Assembly: GCA_964187785.1 (NCBI GenBank)
Contig: OZ076409.1
Location: 40,550,001 to 40,614,000 of the forward strand
Reading direction: 5' to 3'
Length of the DNA: 64,000 nucleotides
Source: Amphiscolops sp. MND2022
Lineage: Eukaryota
Numbering within the stretch: the stretch's first letter is position 1; the number at the start of each line of letters is the position of its first letter. The position numbers and the translations under genes were made by a program. Shown piece after piece: positions 26,701 to 38,690 of this stretch. Under the pieces are notes generated by a model, which worked only from the letters and a program-made list of their open reading frames with translations, was not told the origin of the DNA and did no database searches.

Positions 26701-27901
26701 ACACTCACGGCAGCTTGACTGACTGGGACATGCATCGAGTCGATGTCCCACCCGCAAACAATTGAAACATAAGTTATTTCGTTTTATGAAACTCACCTTT
26801 TCTTGTCTTGACATTTTTTCAAACTTTGGACAACCATATAGCTTGTGATCGTTGGCATCACATTCTAGACAAGAATCCTTCTTCCAATGAGTAGCATAAG
26901 AGTGTGTAAAAGATCTCGGATCCCGTTGATTAACCTTCACTTCGAAATCGTTATGTTTATTAACATTAACAACAGCCGCTTCAACACCTGCTCTCAACGA
27001 AGGTTTTAAGTTGCTGGTAAGTCTGGAAGTCAGTGCCAGGAGTGGATAATTCTCATTGTTTCCTGGTTTCAGAGTCCAACTTGTTGCTCACAATATAAAC
27101 GAAGACAAGGTCAAAGTGATTAACAGGTTGGCCAAGATTCTCCAGACCAAGGCGATGTGGCTTAGTTGTCCCTATTAACTTTCGCAGATCTTTTGAGCTC
27201 TCCGACTTCACATTCGGATATTCGAAAATACTCGTCAAATGCGTTCAGGCTATCATCCGAGGATTCGCAAAGCGTTCTTCAAGTGTTTGCAGAGCAATTG
27301 AATATATAGCATCAGTTATTGCAAGAGAGGTTAATAGTTTGGCTGCATCACCTTGCAGAGAAGCTTTCAAATACTGAAGACGCTGCGAGTCCGTTAACGA
27401 GCGGTTATCGTGAACAGAGCTTTTGAACAAGTCATAGAACGAAAGCCAGTTCTATTAGTCACCCTTGAAAGTGGGCAAGTTTAACTTTGGTAATTTGGCA
27501 CTGGCTACTTGACGTGATATTGGCATTGAGCCACTAGAACTGGCAGACGGCTCTCTTCCACCAACATTATCATGTGCGTTTTCAGAACGAACGCGCCGAC
27601 GGATAGTATCAATGTTTAGAAAAATAATGTCATTGGCATCGTTAGCTTCCGTTATTGTATCTTCCATCTCGTATATTTCCGTGTGTCCTTGTATTTGAAG
27701 GTCAAGCGTGGTAATCTGATTCAATTTACTTTCGAGGATTGTGGCTAGTTGTTCAAGTCGGACAAATTGATTGGACGTCAATACATGATGGCTCAGGAGT
27801 TTTTCAGCTTCACTCTTATACTTCGTGCAGATGCCACAAAAAGCAGCCTTCGAACGCTTCAAACTATCAACATTCACAGATATTGACAAAGATGGAGACA
27901 A
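23719..27901 (-). pseudogene. BEL/Pao gag-pol polyprotein (fragmented)
   Basis: KLPKLNLPTFKGD (gag), CFNCLRVGHRLDAC and CRECQKRHHT knuckles, ALLDSGSQ protease, YYLPHH/KLRVVFDAS/ADIAKMYRQ RT, RVGGRL, SDNAPSF, PHLGGLWE and LTPGHFLIG integrase. Confidence 0.95.
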
Positions 27902-27999
27902 ACATATGTAAATGTGATATGCCTAACAACTCCGAACGATAGAACGCTCAGGAGATGAAAGACAATCACAAAGAAAAACAAATGTCACTCGTCCGAGAA

Positions 28000-28592
28000 C
28001 TGCAGATCTTTTGTTTTGCTGACTTCTGCGATTTTTCTTTGAAGGTTTTTTCTTTTTGAGATCTTCTAGTTTTCAAAAGAGCTGATAATTGATATTGATA
28101 ACGCCAGAGTGTTATGAGAATGTTCAACTCACTCTGCGACTAGGATGAAGGCTTGAAAAATCCTTCAGTACTGAAATTTTTCTTTTTCCGTGGAGATAAG
28201 AGATGTTTCTGTACGTGCAAAACTAAAATTCCAGTATTTGTAAGTTCCTCGTAAATATTAGGCAATCCCGCTCGCTGACAGTAGACAATTGCGGTTATAT
28301 GATCTTTCAATTGTAAAAGAGTTGTACAGAGATTAGAAACAGTGTTCGCTCGAAAATTATTGCTTCTGTGAGCGTTCAACGAATTATTAATAATATCGTG
28401 CCAAATGAGAAATTTTTTGTGGTGTAAGTATCCTTGCGTGCACAGAAATTTCAAGTTTTTCAGATTGCTTTTCGCGCGAGGGTTTAAAGACAATCCGGAA
28501 ATTGCAGTGAAGTGCTTTCTCAAGTCGACTTTATTGGACTGACAATATTCAAAAAGTCTTTTCAGAGAGCTGGCTCCAACAATTCGAACCAT
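28000..28592 (-). pseudogene. Extra ORF upstream of BEL gag, SGNH-hydrolase-like motif pattern
   Basis: 150-aa ORF with IVGASSL, ISGLSL and IWHDIINNS, plus a frameshifted KDFSSLHPS. It lies between the PBS and gag. Confidence 0.45.
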
Positions 28593-28713
28593 AATAAGAA
28601 GGAAAACTTAGCTGAGAAGTCTTTGGTGTCTCGGCAGGGGAGACGTCTTCCTCGGCGATGGATGGTGGGTGATCCTCAGATCCTCGGTTCGAAATTTGTG
28701 CGGCACCAAAATA

Positions 28714-28922
28714 TGTTTATACAATCACTTTGATTGTCTTTTTGAAGTTGGGAATTGCGGTGAAAGCAATTTGATGATCAGTGATGATCAGTCAATTTCA
28801 ATTCAAAACAAAAGTATGATTCAGAAGTAGTTCAAAGTATTCATGCATTAACAATAATATTTGTCAATGAAATCAAAATAAAGTCAAAGTAGAAAAGGAA
28901 AGAGTCAAGTTTGATAGTACCA
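28714..28922 (-). repeat. BEL/Pao 5' LTR
   Basis: Near-identical to 23331-23529, with a TGATGATCAG duplication. Confidence 0.93.
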
Positions 28923-29218
28923 ATGCTAACCAGATTGAAGTATGATAGTTTCTTACGAAACGTTTTGACAACCTTATAACCGAGCTGACAAGTGTATAAG
29001 GACATAGACGTCAATTTGGTTTTGAAAAAATTGAGTTTTCGTGGTATTTTGAGGTTTTTTTTCTTACCAAAACTCAGATTTCACTAATAAAAACTGCTGC
29101 AAACAGAAATTGTTTCAAATTTTACGCATTTATAAACCACCAAACCCTCCAGAAATTCAATAAAAAATGTGTAAAAACGTCAAAAATGTTTTTAAAATGT
29201 TTTTTTTTTGTTTTATGG

Positions 29219-30394
29219 CCTGGGTTGACCCTCCATGGTTATCGTAGTAAGATCTTGGCAAGATCTTGGAACAATCTTGGCTAAGATCCTGTCAAGATCT
29301 TGCCATGGCATTACGACGCATAACCCTACACTTTTTGAAAACAGCGGAATTGACTGCTAGCACCTACCAGACCTGGAATCCGCTGTTTTAAGTGACGGAT
29401 TTCAAAGACACACTTTATAACACGTGCAGCGGAATCGGCTTGCATTCTTCCGGGATTCCGGGGACAAATCTCTTTACATTGAGTTTTCGGTGGATTCCGG
29501 AGGCAAATCTTATTACATTACCGGGTATGCATTTTGCCATGGTAAGATCTTATCAAGGAAGCCATGTTTCCAAGAAAAAATTTATTGTAAAATCATGTTT
29601 GGCAAGAAAAAATATGGAAGGAAGACAACAAAAATCAAGATCTATGCAGATTTACATTGATGGACATGGCAATTTTCTGTTAGCAATGTATGAATTTTGA
29701 TTCAAGAGGTAATGTTTATTTAGGAAGGCACTGGTTAAATGGTTCTTTCAATTGCAAAACTATCGCCAACAAGGGTGTCAGATAAGCCTCGAGCTTAATC
29801 ATTACCCAAACTGCGCAATGACCGCGGTTTCTAGCAGAAATAGGGCTGCTGAAACAAGCTCAAAGAAATCTGGAGATATTATTTGGCGAAAAGTTCCGGA
29901 TTTTTAGGTGTTTACTGTATAACTTTCCGATAGTGGCTCTGGACGTTTGGGAGCAGTTTTCACCGTCTCTGGAATCAACAGAAGTGATAAATTACAAGTT
30001 TTGAAAAGCCCCTAAAATGACCTTTCAATTGGTACGTTCGCAAATGTCAGTCTTAAACAGCTGAGGAGTTTTTAAGATTCTCGACAAAATTTCGGAAACC
30101 AGAGTACGTTGTCGTAATTTTTCGCAAAGTTTTGCGTGCAAATTTTTTTCAGCGGGTTGAAGCATTGAAAAGAGTCTTCCGATTGAGTCTCGGCTGCTCG
30201 TACCGAAGGTATAAGGATTTTTATAACCTTAGAATTTTGTCCATCGTGATAAGATACCATCTTGGAATAATGTATTATCTTAGTAAGATCTTAATAAGAA
30301 TTTTGCCATGGCATCCATGGTTGCCAAGATATAGTAAGAATTTGGCAAGCTCTTGCCGAGACAGTCAAGATGCTAGTAAGAGGGTCAACCAGGG
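29219..30394. mobile_element. MITE-like element with CCCTGGTTGACCCT-type TIRs
   Basis: CCTGGGTTGACCCT at 29219 and AGGGTCAACCAGGG at 30394. AAGATCTT and CCATGG palindromes in the arms. Confidence 0.6.
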
Positions 30395-30505
30395 TGGTGC
30401 TTTTTAAAGGTTCTTTGGTACGAAAACGTTCTAAAATTGTACAGAAATAGCCTGAATCGGTCGGTATTCAGAAGAAAAATATGTTTTTTTTCGAGGATGC
30501 CATGC

Positions 30506-32279
30506 TGTCGCAGGCTGCCGCCTGTGATGGCACACTGATAACGACAACGGCAACAAACCAAGAAATGGTACCCGGAACTCTACCTACATTTTGAGCAAGT
30601 ACACTGTTGAACTTTAAAAACTCGCATTTAGCAATAATATTTGTTTGCAAACCGTTATATTTGTCAATATGTTGCAGTTTATATTAGTCTGTTAATATCA
30701 AGATTTGGGATTAGCCAAATCGATTCGTTGATGTAGTATACTGAGAAGTGAAATTGAAATGCGAAGTTGAATTGGTGCATTAGCAAACAATAAGCAAGTT
30801 AATCGCGAGAAAGAAACGTGTTCAAGTGCGAAAACGTCCTTTCTAGGCGATGTGACTTGCTGCGTATTTGTCAACCAATCAGATCGTTTCTTTTGATGTA
30901 TAGGTGCTTTTATGCTATAATGGCCGAATAAGGCCTTTTGACTTAATGGAGCTTACGTTCACTAGCACTTTGGTCAAATGGCCTGTTCCGGCCAATTCAT
31001 GCATCATAGTACTTTGTTGTTTAATTAGACTGGTATTTATTCGGAGCTGGTAAATCCATAATTTTAAACTAAATAGAAGCATTTGTAACCCTTTGATACC
31101 CAAATAACCCCAACCAAAATATAATGGACAATTAGGGCCATTTTACCATGTCCCCTTAATGTGCCGTTTATTTTATGGTTTTGAACCCATTCCGGCCTTG
31201 ACATGAAAATATACCTTCACACATATTTGAGTTGTATTAAATTCCTACATGCAATAATACATTCCATTCTTGATGTGGTCAGAAGTAGTCTTGTGTCGGC
31301 ACGTGCCTTCACTTCACTCCGTTGTAAAATATGTAAGCGGAGGTTTTTGTTGACACTTCGATACAATTGCCTTAGTCGGTAATTTGTTTGTAGCTGCTGT
31401 TTTATCAGATGACTTTCAGATGCCATTTCTTAAATGTCCCCTAAAATATGTAGGTGTTGGGACCTTTTTGCTATGAAGTTGTAAAACAGTTGATTCCATT
31501 TTTCTCAACTAGTCATGTAAAAATTGTGATTGTCATTCTCCGAGCAGTACAAAAAGTACCACCCTGCTGGGGAGAGTGATTAAATCAGTTGTTCTGGTAC
31601 TAGTAAAGATACTCAAAATACTCAAAATACAGTTACTCTGATAGTTTTCCGGTTTCAATAATTGAAATTTTCAACCCGGTTCTGTCGTAATGCCTACCAC
31701 AAGGAAACAAAAGAAAGCGAGAAAGTCAAAAAGTTTAGAAATGTTATTTGACATTGAAAGGCTTGATATCATGTTGGGTGAAAATCATTCCAATAGAACC
31801 GAAAGGGACGGAAGCCTTGATAGTACTTCAGTTAGAAGGCATGAAAGTGTTATCATTAATAACTTAGATGAAGGGGAGGAAAACCCCTACTCTGATCATA
31901 GAAATTCCAATGTAAAGTCAAATGCCAATTACGGCCAAAACTCAGCGGACATGAATTCTCAGGCTGAAATTAACAGGTTGTCGAGTGAGTTAAACTCTAG
32001 AATATCTAGAGAAATGGATGAGATGATGAGTAGCGTTAGTTCCCAAATCCAAAGAGCCATAAATGAGGCTATAAGCACTCAAGTCTTGCCTCAAATTCAA
32101 AATGTTATAATGGCCGGACCGGGACGCGAGACTAGAAGAAGATGGGAAACTTCTGTTGAGAGACCGGAAATTAACTCCGAAGTTCAGCCCAATTCCAACG
32201 TGAAAATTATTCTTGGAAATGAACGAGCAATGTGGTGACCACCGCACCGGAGAGTTCACTAACCGAAGTGTTCATGACA
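30506..32279 (+). repeat. 5' LTR of element 2 (~1.77 kb)
   Basis: Starts TGTCGCAGG like element 1's LTR and ends CATGACA (4-bp terminal inverted repeat). Followed by the PBS-like TTGTGACAGGAG, probably a mutated TGG. Confidence 0.75.
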
Positions 32280-33393
32280 TTGTGACAGGAGAAAACGAAT
32301 ATTCAAATCCAGTTCCTGAGTTTCTCACAGGACGTATCCCATCAAGTCATTCCGATCAATCCAATGAGGACATCAACCTTGACACGACGATCCCAGCGCA
32401 CGAGAGAGTCACTACAGCTGCAGATCCTGACCCCATTTCTAGATTGGCCGATGTCTTGACTACTATGCAGAATAGACCAACAGCCCAACAACTCACCATA
32501 CGCCCGGTCAATTCCAAAACCATGACCTTTGACGGCAAAAGTGAGAAGTTTGAGTTGTTCGAAGATCGTTTCCACACTATGATCAAGATGCAGCCAGAAA
32601 TGACCGAACAAATGATAATTAACCATTTTCATTCACTATTAAGGAAAAACGCTCTCCAGACGTTCAGGAATATCAATTCGACAAACAAACAAACTCTTGA
32701 AGACGTACTAGTCATCTTCCGACAAAAATACGTCAAACCTGAGTCACAGGTGACTGCCAAGCATAAATGGCACCGTCTGGTCTTTAATCCCAATACGATG
32801 AAGCTGCCCGATTTCTTTGAAGAATCAAATCAAGGGGCAGAAAAAGCGTCTGGAGACCATGCGCAAAAATGATTAACAGTTTGCTTTACGCAAAACTGCC
32901 ACCGGAATTAAAACAGTCCGTCAACATGACCAGATTAGAAAACGGCTCATACGATGAACTAGTTGCTCATTTGGAAAGAGAACTATAGCTCAACGCCCTG
33001 GAGGAGTCAGACGACCTACCGATGGCAACAATGACTTCCTCATCTGCTAAGCCCAAAACTCCTCTGTCCACTGGGCAACTGTCTGACATCACCTGCAATT
33101 ACTGCAAGGAAAAGGGCCACATGGTCAAGGACTGTGAAAAGAAAAAAGAGAAAGATGCCCAACAAGGCAAAGAGACTCAGGAGAAAATATACCCTGAGTG
33201 TGGGACTTGTGGCAAAAAGAATCATCCGGAGGAGAGTTGTTGGCAAGGCGCTGGTGCGCATCTTAAACCCAAATGCACCAGGTCTGACGACTCAAATGAC
33301 AATAAGCCCAATTCAAAGGCTCAGAAGCCTCAGAACGAACAGACATCTTCAAGCTCTCAATCCTCATCTTCCAACGATGAGTCAAAAAACTAA
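31690..33393 (+). pseudogene. gag: Gypsy gag (frameshifted), starting inside the LTR
   Basis: MPTTRKQKKARKS start, FDGKSEKFELFED capsid-like segment, knuckles CNYCKEKGHMVKDC and CGTCGKKNHPEESC. Confidence 0.9.
33384..33390 (+). promoter_or_regulatory. Putative -1 ribosomal frameshift heptamer A AAA AAC at the gag/pol junction
   Basis: X XXY YYZ heptamer in the gag frame directly before the gag TAA. The -1 frame is open (KLTSPRLQYNELISVRQY...). Confidence 0.65.
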
Positions 33394-36300
33394 CTTCGCC
33401 ACGACTCCAATATAACGAACTAATATCCGTCCGCCAATATATCAGGTCGGATCCTCCAACAAAAACCTTTCATCAATACAACAGCAGTTGATGGGTTATC
33501 CCTCTGTTGTCTGGCAGCAACAGATGGACAAAGCTATCATCATTACCTACAACAATACCCATTTATTCCAAAAACCAATTCCGGTTTGGGACCCTGACTA
33601 TACAACCATCTTCACTACCCGATTCAGGCCCATTCCCCTGATCGACGATTACAATCCAACATACATCGACCCAGACTATGGCAGAGATCCCTATTGGGAC
33701 ACTTAGATTTATAATCAGGATCTATTGCAATTTCAGTTTGTTCTAGATGACATTGAACACTACAACAAAACAGTCCATGAGAACCCTCCAATTATCCACA
33801 ACCAGAAAACACGAGCACTAATTGAAAACTGGCAAATGAACGATGGTACAAACCACCCAGTGATCCCTAACCCCTTGGGGATCGAGAATCTTGAAAATTG
33901 TGCTGAATCAATACCACAATCGCTTTTAGACGGGAAACAATTCCAAAATGTACTCATTACCAAAGATGGTGAACCAGATTGTATACCCCTGTCAACCAAC
34001 ATTAACCGCAAGTGCAAGAAACGCATGCTTTACTTCCCAATGGACCTTGGGGAATTGACCATTGATAGACTCATAGACACTGGGGCGCTGTCCAGCGCAA
34101 TTCCTGAAATGGACCTCCGGAAAATCCGCCTTCTATCTCCGCAATCTGTCATCCGGGAAGGTCCGCCTCCTATCTTCCAAATCATGGTCGCTAATGGGCA
34201 ACTGGAAACTCCCAAGAGTACCATAGAGCTCAAATTCGAAGTTGGTGACATTGAGTTCCATGAAATTTTCATAGTAATGGAACATTTGACAGGACCGATT
34301 ATTTGACTAATGTTCCTTCAGAGAAATCATACAGTCCTGGACATGAGACAAGGAACTTGAATTTCCCGTTCTTTTCAATGCAGCTCAAAACAGCTGATAA
34401 TAAATATTCAAATGTGCTAGAACCAATACTCAACCCCACTGAGATAAACATTCCTTGGCATTTTACAACCAAGTCACCTCCTACATGAAGAATGGGATAT
34501 AACATTTTGCCCAGCCTTGCTCACCCTAAATGACGTCAGTATGTTGATACCAATGAACAATTTCACAGACCACCCTTACAAACTCAAAAAAAACTTCACA
34601 TTGCCAATTTTTCTGTCATGACGCCGGAACAAATGAAATACGTCAAACCAATAGACCCGGCATCAACATGGCTTTTCCTTCAACAAGACCAAGAGCAAGA
34701 GGGACATTATGTCAGCAGCCTCATCTAATAAAAATCCGCAAAACCAAGAAAATTACTGGTTTCCAACCCCAGAAAACCCAGGCAACCCAGAAGAACATAC
34801 ACCAATACAGAAAAGGACCTTACGAGATTTACAAGCCTTACAGGACCTGGAGACCCTTGATCCTACAGAAAATCCAGAATCTCGGGCGAAGTTCCTAGAA
34901 CATTTTGACTGGAAAGATTTCACCCTGACTCCTGAAGACAAGGTGAAAATAGAAGACTTATTAGTGAAATTCCATGACATCTTCGCCCGACACAGATTCG
35001 ACATAGGCATGAATGAGGAATATAAGGTAAAACTTACACCTAAAGACGATTCCCCAGCCTATAGCCAAAGCCTCCCAGCACCAATTAACCTAAGGGAGGA
35101 CATATTAGTCGAACTAGCAATGCTTAATAAATATGGAATAATAACGACTCTACCATTTTCGAAAGACGCCAGTCCAATCTTTGCTCAGAAGAACCCGAAT
35201 GGGAAACTGCGACCCCTGGTTGATTTGAGAAAAGTCAACAACCTAATCTCCGACGATTATATCAATAATAATCACCCAGTCAGTACGCTAGTCAACGCTG
35301 CCAATATATGGCAGGCAAGAAACTCTTTTGCAAATTGGACTGTTCACAAGCGTATCATTGCCTCCAGATGGCTGACCAACGTTCAATCGAAATGTTAGCA
35401 TTCAACTTTGCAAGCCGCACATTTGCCTACCTACGTTTGGCACAGGGCCTTAGTCGGTCACTGTCCGCATTTTTAAGTTTCATGAGGGAATACCTTGACA
35501 AAGTCATAAAAGTGGATCAGTGTGCCCAGTACGTGGACGATATCGGCATCGCCGCCAACGATGCTGATCACCTCATAGCTTGGAAACCTGAGAGCAACGT
35601 TCAAATGCATTCAGGAAGCTGGCCTCAAGTTGACCCACTTGGAGTCAAATTAGTTATACCACAAATGTCACTTCGGTGCAAAAGAAATTGATTTTCTTGG
35701 ACGAACAATTACCCCACAAGGCGTCAAACCCCAGAAACAGAATGTAAAAAACTTTCTGGAAAAAACCAAATTCCCGAAGTCGAAAAAAGTTTTACAACGC
35801 TATTTGGGATTCTTGAACTACTACAGAAATTATGTCCCGAGACTTTCAGAACGCCTTGCCCCATTCTACAAGATGCTGAAAGGTGACGAAAAGGTCATAG
35901 TATCGAAAGAATTAGTGCAACAAATTGAAAAAATCAGTAAAGCACTCGACAAATGTTGCGATTTGGCCCTCCAACAACCTATCCCAAACAAGCAAATTGC
36001 ACTACTGACTGATGCATGTTTTGGTGCAGCAGGGTATGCGGTCTTAATGGAATACGATCCAAGTCAGAAATTTACGTCACTCAGAAAGTCGTATGCTCAG
36101 GTGGCATATGGATCAAAAACCTTCACTCCGGGACAGATCAAGATGTCAATTTATGCCAAAAAATTTCTTGCAATTTACTTTGCATTTAAAGAATTTGGGC
36201 ATATCTTCTGAGGTGCCCCAAAGCCGGTCATCATCCTTACAGACAACAAAACTGCCACGCGATTTTTTCAAACGAAAATAATACCCCCAGCGCTGTGGAA

Positions 36301-38544
36301 TGCTTGTGATTATGTGATTCAGTTCAATTTTGTCATAGTGCACATCCCGCGGGCACAAAATACAGCTGCCGACTATCTGTCCCGTTTGGAAGCGGACCCG
36401 AAGGACAAATTAGTCATGAAGATCCGCGAAGATGTACAAACGCTACCAATCGAAATAAACGTCCAATCCGCAGGGGTATCACAAGAGGAACAAATCTTCT
36501 ACACAAATGATGACGATGAGACAGAGGAACAATATTGGGCAAGGAAAGAAGCAATCAGGAAAAATCCAGCTATTGATGAGCCCACTGTTACAATACAAAC
36601 TCTGTCATTAAATCTGGTCGAGCAACAAAGTGACATACAAGTCCGATTAAGGAACACCAACCAGATCGTTGTCGAGCAATCCAAAGATGAAGTGCTACAA
36701 CAATTGAAGGCAAAACTCCTTCATGAGGAGTATTCAGAGAACCTACTGCAGCAGGATGCTCGATACAGACATTATGCAAGCAATCTGGAACGAATTGTAC
36801 CTAAGGATGAAATCCTGACGAGGCAATACTTTGACGAAACAGGGAACGTTAAATACTATCGAATTTTGCTCCTGCAACACTTACTCCAGGAATTGCTTCA
36901 GTCCCTTCATGGGACAGCACATAAACATCCTAGTATCTCAAAAATGTTGCAGGAAATTCGACAGAGGTTTTACTACCCTAGCATGGCTAAACACGTCAAA
37001 AAGTGGGTAGAAGGGTGCGAACAATGTGCCAGAGACAAAAGAGTCCCTAACGCAACAATTACACCTGAACTGCTAGATTTGCCCGAATGGGACCTTGGAC
37101 CTGAAGATGCCATGCAGATCGACCTATTGCCGAATCTTCCCCCAAGTGGAGGCTATGAAAACGTCCTAACAGCAATTGACGTATTTTCCAAATATCTGTT
37201 CGCATATCCCCTTACGGACGCAACAGCGATCAATGTAGCAAAAGCGCTCATTGACATCATGACCAAGCATGCATACTTACCGACAACACTTACTTACTGA
37301 CAAAGGTACTGCATTCACTTCTACAATTATTGCGGAAATTACGCAATGTTTGGGCATAACACTCAAATGTGCAACAACAAAACATCCGCAAACAATTGGG
37401 AAATTAGAGCCGACACATGCCTCATTGAAAACAAACCTCAAAATAGCATGCGGAGAATACCGCCGACAATGGCACAAATACTTACCATTAGCAGTACTAA
37501 ATCATAATACTAGTTACCATGCCAGCATCGGTTGTGAACCGACGAGAGTATTTCATGGACGGTTTCCATACAATATCTTGGATCACAAGCTAGGAAACAA
37601 TCCAAACGAGCAGATTAATCCTACAACCGAATTTGCAGAAGGATTACAAAACCGGACAAAAATCTTGATTGACAAAACAAAGCAGAATATTATGCAGTCG
37701 TATATCAAGTACAAAGAGTATTACGACCGCAAAGCAAAAGCCGCCCCATTAAAGGAGAATGATTACTGCTTTGTCTTACAGCCGAAAGCAGATCATGAAG
37801 AATCAAAATTCCAATCCGCGAGTACCGTTGGGTTGGACCATAAATAGTCCAGAAAGTTTTGCCCAATGAAAATTATATAATACGACGGATCAATACAAAC
37901 AAAACTCAAATATTGCATCGGATTTGCCTCAAAAAGTTTATCCCCAATCAACCGCTCGAGGACAATTTCCGAGAACAGCGTTTACAGCCTGATGAAGAAA
38001 TTGTTATTCCGCAAGATGACTTATACATCATAACGTGGGAGACAGATTTTGGCGCGCAGCTAGTTACACGAGAACACGATCCTATTCCGACTAGCTTGCC
38101 GAATGGCGAACAGCCGAATGCGGCAGAACCGATCCAAAGTGACTTAGATGGGAATGAAGCGGATTACATAATCACGAGAGACGAATTCAATCAAGCCGAC
38201 CGTGCGTCGCATAACCAGAATGAAAGATTGAAAGATGACGTCACTAAAAGAAGTGAAGCTACTAGAAATGAAGAATCTGATTGGCCGAATCCGGCCGTTT
38301 ACCCAAAAATCAAGAAAAACCTTTGCCGGATACGGCAGAAAGACTGAAAAACGATGCAAACTTTTCAGAAGGAAATTCAACGATTGAAAATGATGCAAAA
38401 AATTCTCCAAACAGGGGCGATGATATTATCGTGCCCAAAATATCGCAAGATGATGTTAGAAACGAAAATCTGAGTCCTAGAGGCGGGAGATATAATCTCA
38501 GACCTAATCCTAATCCAAACTACTCAGAAGACTTCAGATACTAA
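33390..38544 (+). pseudogene. pol: Gypsy pol (protease, RT, RNase H, integrase), decayed
   Basis: LIDTGA protease, YVDDI, LLTDACF, HGTAHKH...CEQC, QIDLL, TDKG, and the C-terminal GRYNLRPNP motif. Confidence 0.95.
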
Positions 38545-38690
38545 GAATTGAATTTTTTCGGGCCCCTCGAGCATCTTTTGAATAAATAACGGGGCATTCT
38601 AAAGGATCCCTCTCGAAGAGTAAATACGGGATCAAAAGAAACAAAGCGGAAACAAATGACTACACAACAGAAATAAACAAAGTTTACAAT

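Larger units (their letters stand above)
23331..28922 (-). mobile_element. BEL/Pao LTR retrotransposon with both LTRs and 5-bp TSD ATGCT (decayed, internally deleted)
   Basis: ~200-bp LTRs at 23331-23529 and 28714-28922 (TG...CA). ATGCT at 23326-23330 and 28923-28927. PBS TGGTGCCG at 28708-28701 and PPT-like GGCGGGATA. Confidence 0.95.
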
